A model generated the notes under the pieces. It was not told the origin of the DNA and did no database searches. It worked only from the letters and a program-made list of their open reading frames with translations. A program made the translations under genes and the position numbers. A stretch of DNA of 64,000 nucleotides from a virus: positions 14,265 to 78,264 of IMG/VR virus record IMGVR_UViG_3300032265_003945. One strand, written 5' to 3'. The stretch's first letter is position 1, and each line of letters begins with the position of its first letter. Shown one piece after another: positions 21,258 to 32,500 of this stretch.

Positions 21258-21306
21258 AAAATAAATAAAGCCTTCGTGTATATATAACGAAGGCTTTATT
21301 TATTTT
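21258..21306. terminator. Long inverted repeat / probable bidirectional intrinsic terminator after tail tube
   Basis: aaaataaataaagccttcgt-gtatatata-acgaaggctttatttatttt, a 20-bp perfect stem. Confidence 0.7.
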
Positions 21307-21320
21307 TTTAAATTTAAGGA

Positions 21321-21947
21321 TTAGAATCCGCCGGTCAAATCAATCAATCCCTGCGCATCAAGAGAACCTCTACGATTGCCTACGTCAGTTCCTTGCTCAA
21401 TAGCATCGACGTATGGGTTAACCGCTCTAGGAACAATGATATTGCCAACTGGTCCGCCATTCATAACGCTAAAGATGGTTTCTGCTTGGCAGTTCATCGT
21501 TTCAGAAATAACCCAATCAGTTGAACTGTACGCATACGATATGCTTTGAATCCAGCAATTTTTTAATGTAGTGATGATTTGATTAGAGGGGTCTTGAGAT
21601 TGATTATCAATAATCAAAATATCAAATGGATATCTTTGAGATTGAACGTGAACGAAGCCACGGCTAAAGGCTTGGGCAATGCGTAATTTATCAAATCTAA
21701 TTCTGGTCGCATTGACGGTAAAAGTGGAGGATCCTGAAGGAACGGAATCTACCGAGCCATCAGCTCCTACTTCGGAAATTTGCCTAAGTGGTCTATTTTC
21801 ATTGACAGTAAGCCCCTGAACAGCTCCTACTGGAGTGTTGCCTACTTGAATGATGATATTAGTGCTAAGAGCGGTGCTCGTCTTATTACTGTAGCCGTTG
21901 TCTTGGTATAAAGTGGATCCGGTTTGTGGATAGCCGTTCGTGACCAT
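21321..21947 (-). CDS. Tail tube protein
   Basis: 208 aa after the sheath; 'PFDILIID...ITTLKNCWIQSISYAYSSTDWVISETMNCQAE' tube-fold pattern; strong GAGAGG SD. Confidence 0.85.
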   Translation of the reverse strand: MVTNGYPQTGSTLYQDNGYSNKTSTALSTNIIIQVGNTPVGAVQGLTVNENRPLRQISEVGADGSVDSVPSGSSTFTVNATRIRFDKLRIAQAFSRGFVHVQSQRYPFDILIIDNQSQDPSNQIITTLKNCWIQSISYAYSSTDWVISETMNCQAETIFSVMNGGPVGNIIVPRAVNPYVDAIEQGTDVGNRRGSLDAQGLIDLTGGF

Positions 21948-22011
21948 TTAATTTTCCTCTCTCAAACAATTAAAAATTGCTTTTCTTCTGATTATGCATA
22001 ATTATTACTAA

Positions 22012-22629
22012 TTATTTTGATAATTTTCTTTTTCCTTTTAAAATATTTAATTTAGAACTGAGCGGTCGAAGATTCGCTAGCGCCCAACACTCTAAAAACT
22101 GAACACTTTCTAAACATTCATATTTAAAATCGGCTTTAGGTCGAACATGGTCTATGTGCCAAGTCCAAGTAGATGGGTCATCATCTTTCCAATTATTTGA
22201 ATCAAATTTACCCCAATTACTCCAATTCATCCAAGGTTCAAATAAAGATTCTAAATGATTTTTTAACTCTTCTATGTTATAGGGTAGCTTAGGTATTTTG
22301 CTCGATTTATTATTTAATTTTCTTTTAAGGGAACTATTGATGTAAGAAGAAATATTAGTTCTTAACTTATAATTAAGATCATTTTTTCTTTTATTTTTCT
22401 TATAGTTCCTGTCATATTCTTTCATGTAAGCAGAAATTTTTTCTTTATTTTTAACTTTATATTCTTTATATGAATTTTTATTTTCTTGATATCTGCGACG
22501 GCATCTAATTTTGTTCGAATCTTTTTCGCAAACCAAACAAAGAGCCTCTCTAGATCCATTTTTATGTTGCCTAAATAATTCAATAGGTAGTAGCTTGTTG
22601 CAGCTTTTATTTTTGCAAATTTTATTCAT
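22012..22629 (-). CDS. HNH homing endonuclease (WMNWxNxG..WHIDH family)
   Basis: N-terminal Cys pairs; ELKNHLESLFEPWMNWSNWG..WHIDHVRP..CWALANLRPL. The likely start is ATG 22629 because the annotated upstream extension overlaps a terminator. Confidence 0.85.
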   Translation of the reverse strand: MNKICKNKSCNKLLPIELFRQHKNGSREALCLVCEKDSNKIRCRRRYQENKNSYKEYKVKNKEKISAYMKEYDRNYKKNKRKNDLNYKLRTNISSYINSSLKRKLNNKSSKIPKLPYNIEELKNHLESLFEPWMNWSNWGKFDSNNWKDDDPSTWTWHIDHVRPKADFKYECLESVQFLECWALANLRPLSSKLNILKGKRKLSK

Positions 22630-22632
22630 AAC

Positions 22633-22665
22633 AAATAAAAATGGCGGGCATTCACCCGCCATTTT
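22633..22665 (-). terminator. Intrinsic terminator after tail sheath
   Basis: Stem-loop aaaatggcggg-cattca-cccgccatttt with a U-tract on the minus strand. Confidence 0.8.
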
Positions 22666-22680
22666 CTATAGATTAATTAA

Positions 22681-25449
22681 TCAAATTGTTCCGACACCGA
22701 CTCTGATGTATATCCAGTTGACCGGGTAGGTGGGTTGAACCTTAACGAGAATGTTCCATTGCCTTGGATCAACTGAATCTCTTTGGACAACAAGGTCCTT
22801 ATATGCAGTGATGAGAGATTGATTGATGAAGGCGTTAAGAACATTGACCGCTTGGTTTGCCAAAGTAATTTGAGTGGTCTGAGTTTCTGGGAGACCGATA
22901 TAACCAGCAAAGCTCGCTCTCATCGACTTAGCAATTCTGTCTCGAATAAAGACGATGCTAATTTCTTGCTCTTCGGCGAAGCCACTTTGTGTTGTAGTAA
23001 TGCCCCAAACAATTCTACCACCACCAGAAACTGGTTGAAGAGTACATACGCCAGAAGAGGCGAGCGACTCAAGAGTTAATTGAGAGAAGAGTTTGTTGCG
23101 AAGGATGGTAAATCCAGAGAGAACCTTATTGGTGAGGGGAATTTCGACTCTGGGTTGACCACCGAGGTAACCGGCAGCGGCGGCGGCGATATAGAAACCA
23201 TCGATAAGTACGTTATCTGCGCCAGCTTGAACAACGATTTGGTCTGGGTAGAAGTAAACGCAACGATAGGTTCTGCCATAAGCATCAGATACAGAGTAAT
23301 TAGCAATATCTTCAATGTTACCATTAAGAATCTCTGTAGCGCTATCTCCTTGAATACCTTCAAGAATTCCGATATTTTCTACTGCTACCGGAGTATTGGT
23401 GCCATCCGAAGCCGAACCGATTAAGTTGGCGGGGGCTAATCCAGAAATGGCGCCTATAAACAATACGCGCTCTTTGCGATTGCGTATGTTGCTCATGGTT
23501 AAGCAGTGATTAAGGGCATTTTGGAAAATAACCGAAATAGTTGATTTGGGGAGAGGAACAACAATATCTACGTTGGTCTTTTCTAGCGCCGCGAGTGCAT
23601 TTAACCAACCAGCATCATAGAAAGAGGCGTCTTTTTCATCAACAACAGATACTCTGAGGGCGTATCCATTTGGCACAACGTCATTGTGAATAATGACATA
23701 AACGCTGGTTAGATCGGGATCTAACACAGAATAAACTAGTGGAGTCTCAATGACGACAGATTTTTTAATATTTACATATCCTAGTCCGCCACCAGTGATA
23801 TCAAATAATCCGTAATTAGCACCAGCTGTTTTGATGTTTAATCGTTTTCCAGCCAAGGTTCCATCAAGAACAGAGCTGGTAACAGTGGCAGTCGCGACAT
23901 CAACTAAAGCCAATATCCCGTCAGAAGCGCTATGCCCAGGAACAACCAATCCTGTAAGCGGATCGATAACTTCAAAATCTAAAGTGGGAACAAGATTATT
24001 TTCAAAAGGATCGTAGCTAGTTACATCAACCGAAGCGTAAAGTTTACCATTGCTTACCGAAGTTACTGTGTACTTGGCGTTATTGGCAACATTTTCTGCA
24101 TCGATTATTTTGAGGGTTTTACCAACATAGTTGGAAGTAAAGGTGAAGCTGGGAGAGCTGAAAACAGCGCCATTGCCATTAGCGACTAGAGGGTCTCTAG
24201 CAATGTATCCGTCAAATCCAGAAAGGATAGTGGCATCGTTATCATAATTTTCTATTAAAGAGTAATAGAAAGAATATTCTGCATCGGTGATAAATTGGTG
24301 ATAAGTTGGGTTAGATCCACCAGTGCCTACTTTGTAGTATTCATATTTGTTAGGAAGTATTTGTGTTTCAATTCCAGTAGCATTATCTGTGATAAAGAAT
24401 TGAATATTAGAGTTTACATCAGGAACAACTCCTAAGGGGAGCGCAAAAACGAAGTCATCATCAAGCACAGAAGTGCTCTTTACTGATTCAGAAAGAATAA
24501 CCGAAGTTTTGCGAGGAACGGCAGGAGCACATTGTAAAGCAACGATAGATGAGGTGGTATTGGCAAAGGCTAATTGAGAACCGAGGCTAAGATTATTGTC
24601 GATGCTGGGAGAACCGTAACGCTTGGTTACTTGATCCATTCCCTGTAATTGAACCGGATCATTAAGATAAGAAGAGACGATGTAGGTGGCGGTTAAGCTA
24701 TCATTGGGAGAAAGTTTTCCGCTGCTAACTTTAACAGTAAATCCATCTCCTTCAGAGAGAGGATTTCCGCTAGTAGTTTGATAGATGGCAAATTTAATAA
24801 TGCCATTAGAAGCTGTTTGACCATTGGAAGTCCATATTACTGGATTTCCGTTAGAATCTGTTTTGTTTCCAGAAATAGATCCAACTGCAATGAATTTGGC
24901 GGTTTCTGGAATGGGAGTGTTGCTGTTGTCTCTTTGAACCGAAATGCAACGAATGCTCCAGGTTTCGCGGGGCGCGTTAGAATCTACTAATTCTAAATCG
25001 GAAGAAATATATCCATCGCCTTTGTTGGTGGTAAATGCGGAATAATTTTGTCCGCCCAAGTCTTGAAGGTTGGCTTTTTGCATTTCGATTCTGCCTGTAT
25101 CAGGATCAAATCGATAGTCATATTTAAAAGCAAAAGAAGATGAATTAATTTTTTGTTCAATTCCAACTAAGGGCAAACCATTGCGGTACAAGGTGGTTCT
25201 ATTAGAAACAACAGGAAAGAAAGAGAGAAGAAAATGTCTTCCATCGGCTCCGTTAGACGAAGTATAAGAAGAATTAAGACCATCTTTTCCATTGCCAAGT
25301 GCGGAAGATACGAGGGTTTCAGGGGTTAAACCTTCGCCCATAATCGCGGGAACACGTAATCCACCAGCTACAGCGGTGCCTCTTGATTCTGTTACTACGT
25401 CCGTAAATACCCCTGGTAATACGTTTGTTGCGCCTGGAATGTTAGCCAT
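22681..25449 (-). CDS. Contractile tail sheath protein with inserted domains
   Basis: N-terminal PGVFTDV; C-terminal 'GGRIVWGITT..EEQEISIVFIRDRIAK...VQPTYPVNWIYI' sheath C-domain; followed by the tube gene. Confidence 0.93.
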   Translation of the reverse strand: MANIPGATNVLPGVFTDVVTESRGTAVAGGLRVPAIMGEGLTPETLVSSALGNGKDGLNSSYTSSNGADGRHFLLSFFPVVSNRTTLYRNGLPLVGIEQKINSSSFAFKYDYRFDPDTGRIEMQKANLQDLGGQNYSAFTTNKGDGYISSDLELVDSNAPRETWSIRCISVQRDNSNTPIPETAKFIAVGSISGNKTDSNGNPVIWTSNGQTASNGIIKFAIYQTTSGNPLSEGDGFTVKVSSGKLSPNDSLTATYIVSSYLNDPVQLQGMDQVTKRYGSPSIDNNLSLGSQLAFANTTSSIVALQCAPAVPRKTSVILSESVKSTSVLDDDFVFALPLGVVPDVNSNIQFFITDNATGIETQILPNKYEYYKVGTGGSNPTYHQFITDAEYSFYYSLIENYDNDATILSGFDGYIARDPLVANGNGAVFSSPSFTFTSNYVGKTLKIIDAENVANNAKYTVTSVSNGKLYASVDVTSYDPFENNLVPTLDFEVIDPLTGLVVPGHSASDGILALVDVATATVTSSVLDGTLAGKRLNIKTAGANYGLFDITGGGLGYVNIKKSVVIETPLVYSVLDPDLTSVYVIIHNDVVPNGYALRVSVVDEKDASFYDAGWLNALAALEKTNVDIVVPLPKSTISVIFQNALNHCLTMSNIRNRKERVLFIGAISGLAPANLIGSASDGTNTPVAVENIGILEGIQGDSATEILNGNIEDIANYSVSDAYGRTYRCVYFYPDQIVVQAGADNVLIDGFYIAAAAAGYLGGQPRVEIPLTNKVLSGFTILRNKLFSQLTLESLASSGVCTLQPVSGGGRIVWGITTTQSGFAEEQEISIVFIRDRIAKSMRASFAGYIGLPETQTTQITLANQAVNVLNAFINQSLITAYKDLVVQRDSVDPRQWNILVKVQPTYPVNWIYIRVGVGTI

Positions 25450-25542
25450 TTTTAAATCCTTGTTCTATAAAAGTTGTTAGCCCTTTTAGCCTAAATTAAT
25501 ATATTTTTATTGACAGTTTGATTAAAGAATCGTTATATTTCT

Positions 25543-26142
25543 TTATAATATTTTTTTATGCCTAACTCTAGAGGCTCCTTCCGACATATTTGTCTTGGCA
25601 TCCAATGGTCGTAAATTATTTAATGCCCAACATTTCTTAAAATTTTCTTCTTTGACGCTCTCATAATAAAAAGATGATTGAGGTAAAATGTGATCAATGT
25701 GCCAATATCTTCCATAATTATCCCAAGTCATATAGGAGTCAAATTGTTTTTCCAAATGAATCTTTAGATCATTAATCTTCCACTCTAAATATTGATCTAG
25801 GGTAGAATTCTTAGAGAATCCATTTTTCTTTAGCGCATGATAGATGGAGCGAGAAATATTTTTTCTCAATCTAAAAAATAAATTATTTTTAATTTTTTCT
25901 TGATATTTTATGTTTTGATAATTTTTATTCTTTATCTTCCACTCTTTAGTATAAACTTTGTTTTTCTCTTTTTGATCTGGCGTTCTTGGATTCTTTTTAT
26001 TGTAGGCGATTGTATTGAGCGATTCGCATCTTCTACAGATAGATTTAAAATAATATTTTCCAGAAGGATATTTTAATTGTCGATAATTCTGCTTATCGGC
26101 TTCTTTTACGGATAAACATTGCTTACAGTTCTTAAAATTCAT
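25543..26142 (-). CDS. HNH homing endonuclease (same family)
   Basis: CxxC...CxxC; LKIHLEKQFDSYMTWDNYGRYWHIDHILP..CWALNNLRPL. Confidence 0.85.
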   Translation of the reverse strand: MNFKNCKQCLSVKEADKQNYRQLKYPSGKYYFKSICRRCESLNTIAYNKKNPRTPDQKEKNKVYTKEWKIKNKNYQNIKYQEKIKNNLFFRLRKNISRSIYHALKKNGFSKNSTLDQYLEWKINDLKIHLEKQFDSYMTWDNYGRYWHIDHILPQSSFYYESVKEENFKKCWALNNLRPLDAKTNMSEGASRVRHKKIL

Positions 26143-26933
26143 AAGTTATTAATAATATTATCAGTAAGAGAAATGTCTGTATAAATAGAGAAATTAGGGT
26201 CTGTAGGAGCTTCAGGATTTTCTATATTTACTAATTCGGTAACAAAAAGAATTCTGTCAATAATGCTGCTAACCGGAATTTCTCTTCTCCATTCGGTACG
26301 AATATCTATAGTAATGCTTTGTCTAAATAACTTATCGTTGCGATCTTCGGATTCTGATGGTGCGCCAATATTAGGTGGCTTAACTACGATACCGGCATTT
26401 CTCATTGTCTCAAACATAATATCGGCAAAGCAAATACCGACCAATTCTGCAAGATCGTCACGAGAGCGAAGAGAGCGAGTGATAATATCGATGGTAACAG
26501 AGCCCTCCCAAATACCAGCGAAAAGAAAGGCTCTAGGAGTATAGATGGTTTTATGATTGCCGTAACCGTCTTCATAGACAGTGGTTTCATAAAGAGGGGC
26601 TCCGGCTTCTCTGTTGGCGGAAATGGGGACATATCGAGCGCCATTGGCTTTGACGAGAATGGCTGGATAATGAATCCCGTCATATCTATAATTTTCGCCA
26701 ATAAAGATTCTAGTAGTGGCGTTATCGTACAGTCCGGCGGTTAGGGGCAAATCGGTATGATCTACTGTCTTAGCAAATCCATACTCATCTTTCGTATAAT
26801 GGTAATAACTGTCTTTTGAGAAAAAATCTCTCAAAGTAGCTATCACCATTTCTTTAGGATAAACTAGCGCAGAATACTGAACCAAATGATGAATATTCTG
26901 AAGATCGCTACGGGCAAAGTTGTTGGTAGACAT
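26139..26933 (-). CDS. Tail terminator/tail completion protein
   Basis: Upstream of the sheath once the HNH genes are removed; 'YPAILV...GSVTIDIITRSLRSRDDLAELV' pattern. Confidence 0.6.
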   Translation of the reverse strand: MSTNNFARSDLQNIHHLVQYSALVYPKEMVIATLRDFFSKDSYYHYTKDEYGFAKTVDHTDLPLTAGLYDNATTRIFIGENYRYDGIHYPAILVKANGARYVPISANREAGAPLYETTVYEDGYGNHKTIYTPRAFLFAGIWEGSVTIDIITRSLRSRDDLAELVGICFADIMFETMRNAGIVVKPPNIGAPSESEDRNDKLFRQSITIDIRTEWRREIPVSSIIDRILFVTELVNIENPEAPTDPNFSIYTDISLTDNIINNL

Positions 26934-26940
26934 CCTATAA

Positions 26941-27942
26941 TTATGGCTTTTTATGCCGACTTCTTCTTACTCCATCAAAATAATTTTGTTTTGAACTGAG
27001 GGGTCTAAGATTAGTTAAGCTCCAGCATTGCTGAAAAGAATCGTCATCGGTCGAACGATAAGAAAAAGTAGAAGCAGGAATAATATGATCTATCTGCCAA
27101 GTCCAAGTAGAAGGGTCATCATCTCTCCAGGTTTTGGAATCATATCTTCCATAGTTATCCCAGTTCATCCAGAATTCAAATTGAGATTCTAGATGAGATT
27201 TTAATTCTTGCTTAGAGTAAGGGAGAGATGAAAATTTTTTATTATTACTGTTAATTGAGCTTTTTATTAAATAATTTCTAATAGAGCTGCTAATATTATG
27301 GCGAATTAATTCGCAAGGGCTATTAGATCTTTTAATAGCCCTGTTTTTATTTCTAAGATGTTTTTTAGCAATCGAGTTATTATCTCTACATTGATTACAA
27401 GTATTAAATTGCTTTTTATCAAAGAAATAAATTTTATTTTTTGTTTCTCTACATTCCCTACAAAATACATTATCTGTAGAATATAGATAATTTTTAATTT
27501 TTTTCTTAACTAGCATTACAGAACAATTATATTTTACAGATAATTGTTGATAAGAAGAGTTATTTTTATAATCTTGAATTAAAGAATCAATTTCTTGTTG
27601 AGAAAATTTTTTAGTGTATTGAGAAGCGGATCTAACCTTTGAAACGTTTGATTTAATTATTTTTTTAATTTTAGAAGAATTAATGCTAAATTTTTTTGAT
27701 ATTTCTTTTCCGGACAAACCAGAGTTATAAAGATCAATGATCTTATTAATCTTGCTTACAGATAAGTTAATTTTTTGCTTTTTAATAGGAATATTATTTT
27801 CTCTTAATATTCTTAAAATAACTTTAAAATTAACATTGAATCTTGCGGCAATTTTGGTAGTTGATTCTCCGGAGAGATAATGTCTAATTATCTCTCCGGA
27901 TTCATGTGAAGTAAAATATTTTTTATTATGAGCAACTACCAT
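26941..27942 (-). CDS. HNH homing endonuclease with three N-terminal HTH repeats
   Basis: Repeated 'IIxxYxSGxSxxxIAxxFxxN' HTHs plus WMNWDNYG..WQIDHIIP..NLRPL. Confidence 0.85.
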   Translation of the reverse strand: MVVAHNKKYFTSHESGEIIRHYLSGESTTKIAARFNVNFKVILRILRENNIPIKKQKINLSVSKINKIIDLYNSGLSGKEISKKFSINSSKIKKIIKSNVSKVRSASQYTKKFSQQEIDSLIQDYKNNSSYQQLSVKYNCSVMLVKKKIKNYLYSTDNVFCRECRETKNKIYFFDKKQFNTCNQCRDNNSIAKKHLRNKNRAIKRSNSPCELIRHNISSSIRNYLIKSSINSNNKKFSSLPYSKQELKSHLESQFEFWMNWDNYGRYDSKTWRDDDPSTWTWQIDHIIPASTFSYRSTDDDSFQQCWSLTNLRPLSSKQNYFDGVRRSRHKKP

Positions 27943-29579
27943 TTATATCTTATTTTTAGATTTGAAGCATCGACTTCTCTATAGTCTGCGACAGCGGGTA
28001 AATCTGCCTTTATGTTTATTTTTGTTAGAGGGGACCGGGCAGAAGATGTATCTAATGACAAAGACTCATCAACTAATTCGTATACTGTTTGTAAATTTAA
28101 TTCGTTAGAGAATTCTTCTATTTCCGAAGTCGCTTTAATTTGTATTTTTCTGCTATTTATCAATAAACTATAAGTTTGATTATCTCCAGCAAATAATTGG
28201 CTGATCTTTAAATCACAAGATGTATTTACAATAAATACATTTGGAGGTAAAATTTCATTAGAGTTGATCGACCAATTAAAATAATTATTCTCTCCACCTA
28301 GATTATAGGTTTCTTTCGTATACTCTTCTGTGTAGGGGATGCCTATGATTCTTTTAATTTGAATGTATCCATCTTTTATGTTAGTGTTGAATGCTGCCGG
28401 ATCAATTTCATATATTCCATCATTATCCGCATTTGATCCAAATATTTTGCATCTTATTGGTGGTAACCCGTAAGTTGCCGAATCAGCATTTAATTTATAT
28501 AATATAAGCTGATATATTCTATATATTGAAGTATCTAAGAGGTTAGTTAATCTATCCTCTCCCTTTTTTATTGGCTGACTATTATCATAATTTGCTAGAT
28601 TGCAAGTTCCATTTTTAACAACATAGTAGGGGTGGGGGATTGTGTAGTTAGCGTTATAGACTTTAGGTATCCATTCTATTCCGGAATAAGAAAGCTCGCT
28701 CCATACTCCATTTTCTAAGAACCATAAAGGCAATCCAAAAGAGTCTATTTTTGGAATGAGACCTGTATCATCTGTGTATAAATAATATGGACCTAATGGA
28801 TAGGTGGGAGAAGGAGGGTTGTTGGGAGGCGAAGAAGAAGATGTTTCCCATGCCGGCCATTTATACAGCTCATTGGTTGAGTACAGTAAAGATATGTGCG
28901 CAGAAACTTCTCTTTTAATAGAATTATCTACGATAAATTTAACAATTCCATTATCACTAGATATTTTATTTCTAAATTTCCAATAACAAACTGCGCTAAA
29001 TCCTCGGGTAATAGTTATTGGGTTGTTTGAAAATGATTTTTCTCCAACTGAAGAGTCAACAATAACTTCTTCGGTTTGATTTTTATTTCTTTCTACGGTC
29101 CAGCCTGACCCTCTTGACTTAACGACATCTTGCCAATTACTAACGCCATCTACCGTATCATGGCTAAAATAATTATCTACAATTAAAGCAGAAGATAGAT
29201 TAGGGCTTGGATTTTCTGTTGGAAGAAAATAACCCGAAATAAAAGATTTTATTGTTTGAGATATACCTCTAGATATATTATTATTAGAGATAACGCCTAT
29301 ATTGCTTATTTTGTTGTAAGTTACAATTCCATTATTTATAAATCCGCAGATGTCATTTTTAGTTGCGCTAAAAGATATTTGACTACCAAAAGACATTCCG
29401 TCAGTGTAAGTTTGTCCAGAAGAAAAAATATGATTAGAAGAAATCTGACAGCCATTTTGAAAACCTGACCTCCCTCTAACATTGATTCCTGCAACGGGAA
29501 ATTGGCTGGAAGATATTTTTGTTAAATTATTAGGATTTGCAGAAATATTATTGTTTGTTATTTTAAGAAGAGTTGTCAT
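27936..29579 (-). CDS. Tail spike/fibre-associated protein; N-terminus continues a beta-helix pattern
   Basis: IxNNxI rungs at the N-terminus; starts 11 nt after the 1763-aa gene. Confidence 0.55.
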   Translation of the reverse strand: MTTLLKITNNNISANPNNLTKISSSQFPVAGINVRGRSGFQNGCQISSNHIFSSGQTYTDGMSFGSQISFSATKNDICGFINNGIVTYNKISNIGVISNNNISRGISQTIKSFISGYFLPTENPSPNLSSALIVDNYFSHDTVDGVSNWQDVVKSRGSGWTVERNKNQTEEVIVDSSVGEKSFSNNPITITRGFSAVCYWKFRNKISSDNGIVKFIVDNSIKREVSAHISLLYSTNELYKWPAWETSSSSPPNNPPSPTYPLGPYYLYTDDTGLIPKIDSFGLPLWFLENGVWSELSYSGIEWIPKVYNANYTIPHPYYVVKNGTCNLANYDNSQPIKKGEDRLTNLLDTSIYRIYQLILYKLNADSATYGLPPIRCKIFGSNADNDGIYEIDPAAFNTNIKDGYIQIKRIIGIPYTEEYTKETYNLGGENNYFNWSINSNEILPPNVFIVNTSCDLKISQLFAGDNQTYSLLINSRKIQIKATSEIEEFSNELNLQTVYELVDESLSLDTSSARSPLTKINIKADLPAVADYREVDASNLKIRYKW

Positions 29580-29590
29580 ATTTTTCTCTT

Positions 29591-32500
29591 TTAACTAGCA
29601 GATCCATCGTTAACATAAACGTCAATATATTGAGCAGTGTTATTATCAATAATCATACTTCCAGTTGTACTGGGCGTTCCTATAGGAGAGTTTCCATAAT
29701 TATCTAATGTTAGGATGGCGTCGCAGGTGTTACCTTCAATTAATATATTTCCTCCATCTAATGATGGAGAAGAATAGGCGCTAATATAAGAAAAATTATT
29801 ATTAGCTACAACAATATTTTCTGCGGTAAATCCAGATTTATTATTTGTACCCGCCATAATAAAACCATTATAATTATAAGCGACATTGTTTTTAATAATT
29901 ATATTGGAGAACTGATTGATTTTTGTTTGATCAGATTCTCCATAATTTATGAAAGCAACCGCCGCATAAAATGTGTTAACTGGAGAAGTGCCTCCAATAA
30001 ATCTGCACTTGTCAATTACAACAAAATCAATGATATTTGGAGCGTTTGTACTTGAAGGTGCGGTAAAGCAAACGAGTGGAGGAAGTTGGTAGTCTTGGTT
30101 TTTATTGTTCCCACCATCTCTACAATATTCTGACTGCCCATTTTGAGGAAAGCTATTTTGAGCTAAGGTGCAATTTGTTATTTTAACATTGTTAATGCTG
30201 CCATTGGAAACTATCGCCCCGCCTCCAATGAATCTTATTTTATCATCTTTATTAAAGTAACCTGCGGCAAAAAGAGGGGGAGTATAATTAACAAATGTAT
30301 TATCTATAATAATATGATCTGCTTGAGAATTTTTGTATCCTCCCCTGGGGTTTAATAGGATTCCTATTTTTGATTGGATAGAGTTAAACTTAGAATTAGT
30401 TATTGTATTTTCATAACTTTCTATAATTTCTCCTCCAGGAATATCATGACTATCGTCTCCCAAGACTAACCCATAAGCGTTAGTTACAATAGAGTTAACA
30501 TTAAAGTCATTAATTATATTTCTACTTCCATAAACTCTAATTGCGGATCCCTCAGGAGAGCTACAAATGATGTTATTAATATTAAATTTATTAATAACAT
30601 TATCACTTCCTATTTGAATAAAGTACTCAAATCCCTGATTAGAATTCTGATAAGCAGAGGAGGGCGAGAATGCATGAAAGAAACTGCTTGCTCCAAATAA
30701 GGTATTTTCAATTATATTTTTATTTCTTAAAGTAAATACTGTTTGATGGCAGTTAACATCTGTGGCAAAAGTGCAGTTAATTAATTTATTATCGTCTTGA
30801 AGAACGAACCCTAACCCATTATTAGATTTCACGGATCCAAATCCGCAACTTTCCAATACGTTATTATTATATCCTAATAATAAAGTATTGGAATTATCTT
30901 CTAATATAGCAAAAGAGCATTCAATAAATTTATTATAAGATTGAATACCTATTAGCGTATTATTACTTGTTGTTGGTGAGTTCTTTATTTCTTCAAAAAA
31001 GCACTTTGAAAAATTATTAAAATCTATAATATAGAAAAAATTAATTCTGGAAAATATACAATTATTAAAATAATTACCACTATTAATTTGTAAAATCATC
31101 GAAGAGACAAGATCAGTAGAATCAAATTTAAAATTTACATTTTCAAATGTACAGCTTGAATTATTTATTTGCAATATTTGACTATTTTCTAAAAATTTAA
31201 AATTTAAATCTTTAAAAGTAATATTAGATCCGAGCTGAAGTACTGGAGTTGTTCCCATAACAAATCCAGCTTCACTTCCTTCTCCTTGGAATACTGCGGG
31301 TAAATTAATTTGAGAAAAATCAAGCGTGCCAGAAGTATTAATATTTCCTTTTATAGTAACATGATTGGAAATTTTACCATAATAATTAATCCAATTTTTA
31401 ACCGCTTCAAAACTATGGAAGTAAGAAACGATATTGTTTTCAGCAGAAGTATCCGCCCAAGTAAAAGTATTATTTAAAGGTTCGCTATTAATGAATTTAC
31501 GGACATCACTTAAAGAGATGCTATTGTATGTAACTCCATTAATTCCCGAGTTATAGTACCCATCAACTTCTAAAACATATAATGGAGTTAAGTCTTTTCT
31601 ATTGTTAATTAGATCCTTGAAAAAGACACCATTAACGGAATATGAATTCGCTAATCCGTTACTAACGGAAACATCGTAAACTTTAATGTCTCTGGCTGCA
31701 CTTGGTGCTCCGGATTGTGAAGCTCCGTCCAACAGTGCTATGAATTGATATTCATAATTATCATTAGCGCATAGGGCCCAGAGCATATTATAGCTGTTGG
31801 CTCCAAAAATTTCTTTCACCGAGGGAACTTGTACTGAGGTATTGTTTAGTTGAACTAGTTTTCCGTTTACTAGAGAGATTCCTCCCTCTAGGAAATTAAC
31901 ACTTCCCGAGGATAGGGAAACATCTGTATCAAACCCTCTCACTACGCCATTGACATGAATTAATCTTTCAGGTGCAGAAATATAATTTAAAGCAGAAGTA
32001 GATAGGTCTTTTTCAGAGATATTTCCAAACTGCCTTAAATCAAGAATATGATCTACTATGTTGGTTGCGCCATTTAATTGCGCAGAAGCCAGTAACAACA
32101 CTTCGTCGTCCAAGGCTATTGTTGGGAATAATTGAATTGAGATATATTTATTTGAAATGTCTGAAACATTGACATTAATGTCAAAAATAAAATCAATATA
32201 GTCTATCCCTGTTTCATCATAGAAGCGAGTGACTTCGCCTTTGCGACCACTAACAAGAGGTCCTAAATTAGAGTCGCTTCCTGGCAAGCCATCTCTATTT
32301 AATAATCTGCCAGAAAATGTATTGTCATGTTGGCTAAAATTATCAATTAATAAAGTTATTTTGTTAACTGTTCCATAAGAGTATCCTCTTAATTTAGGAG
32401 AGACTCTCACTATATTAATTTTAGATAGCTCTGCGTTTGAATATAATGGAACGTTGCTGCCAACCGTGAAAACAGGGTCAGTAAGATTCATTCTTGCTCT

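Noticed and set aside
1-26933. Tail cluster as an eCIS/tailocin/T6SS
   Set aside because: A major capsid, neck proteins, holin, tRNA and homing endonucleases in the same region indicate a complete phage.
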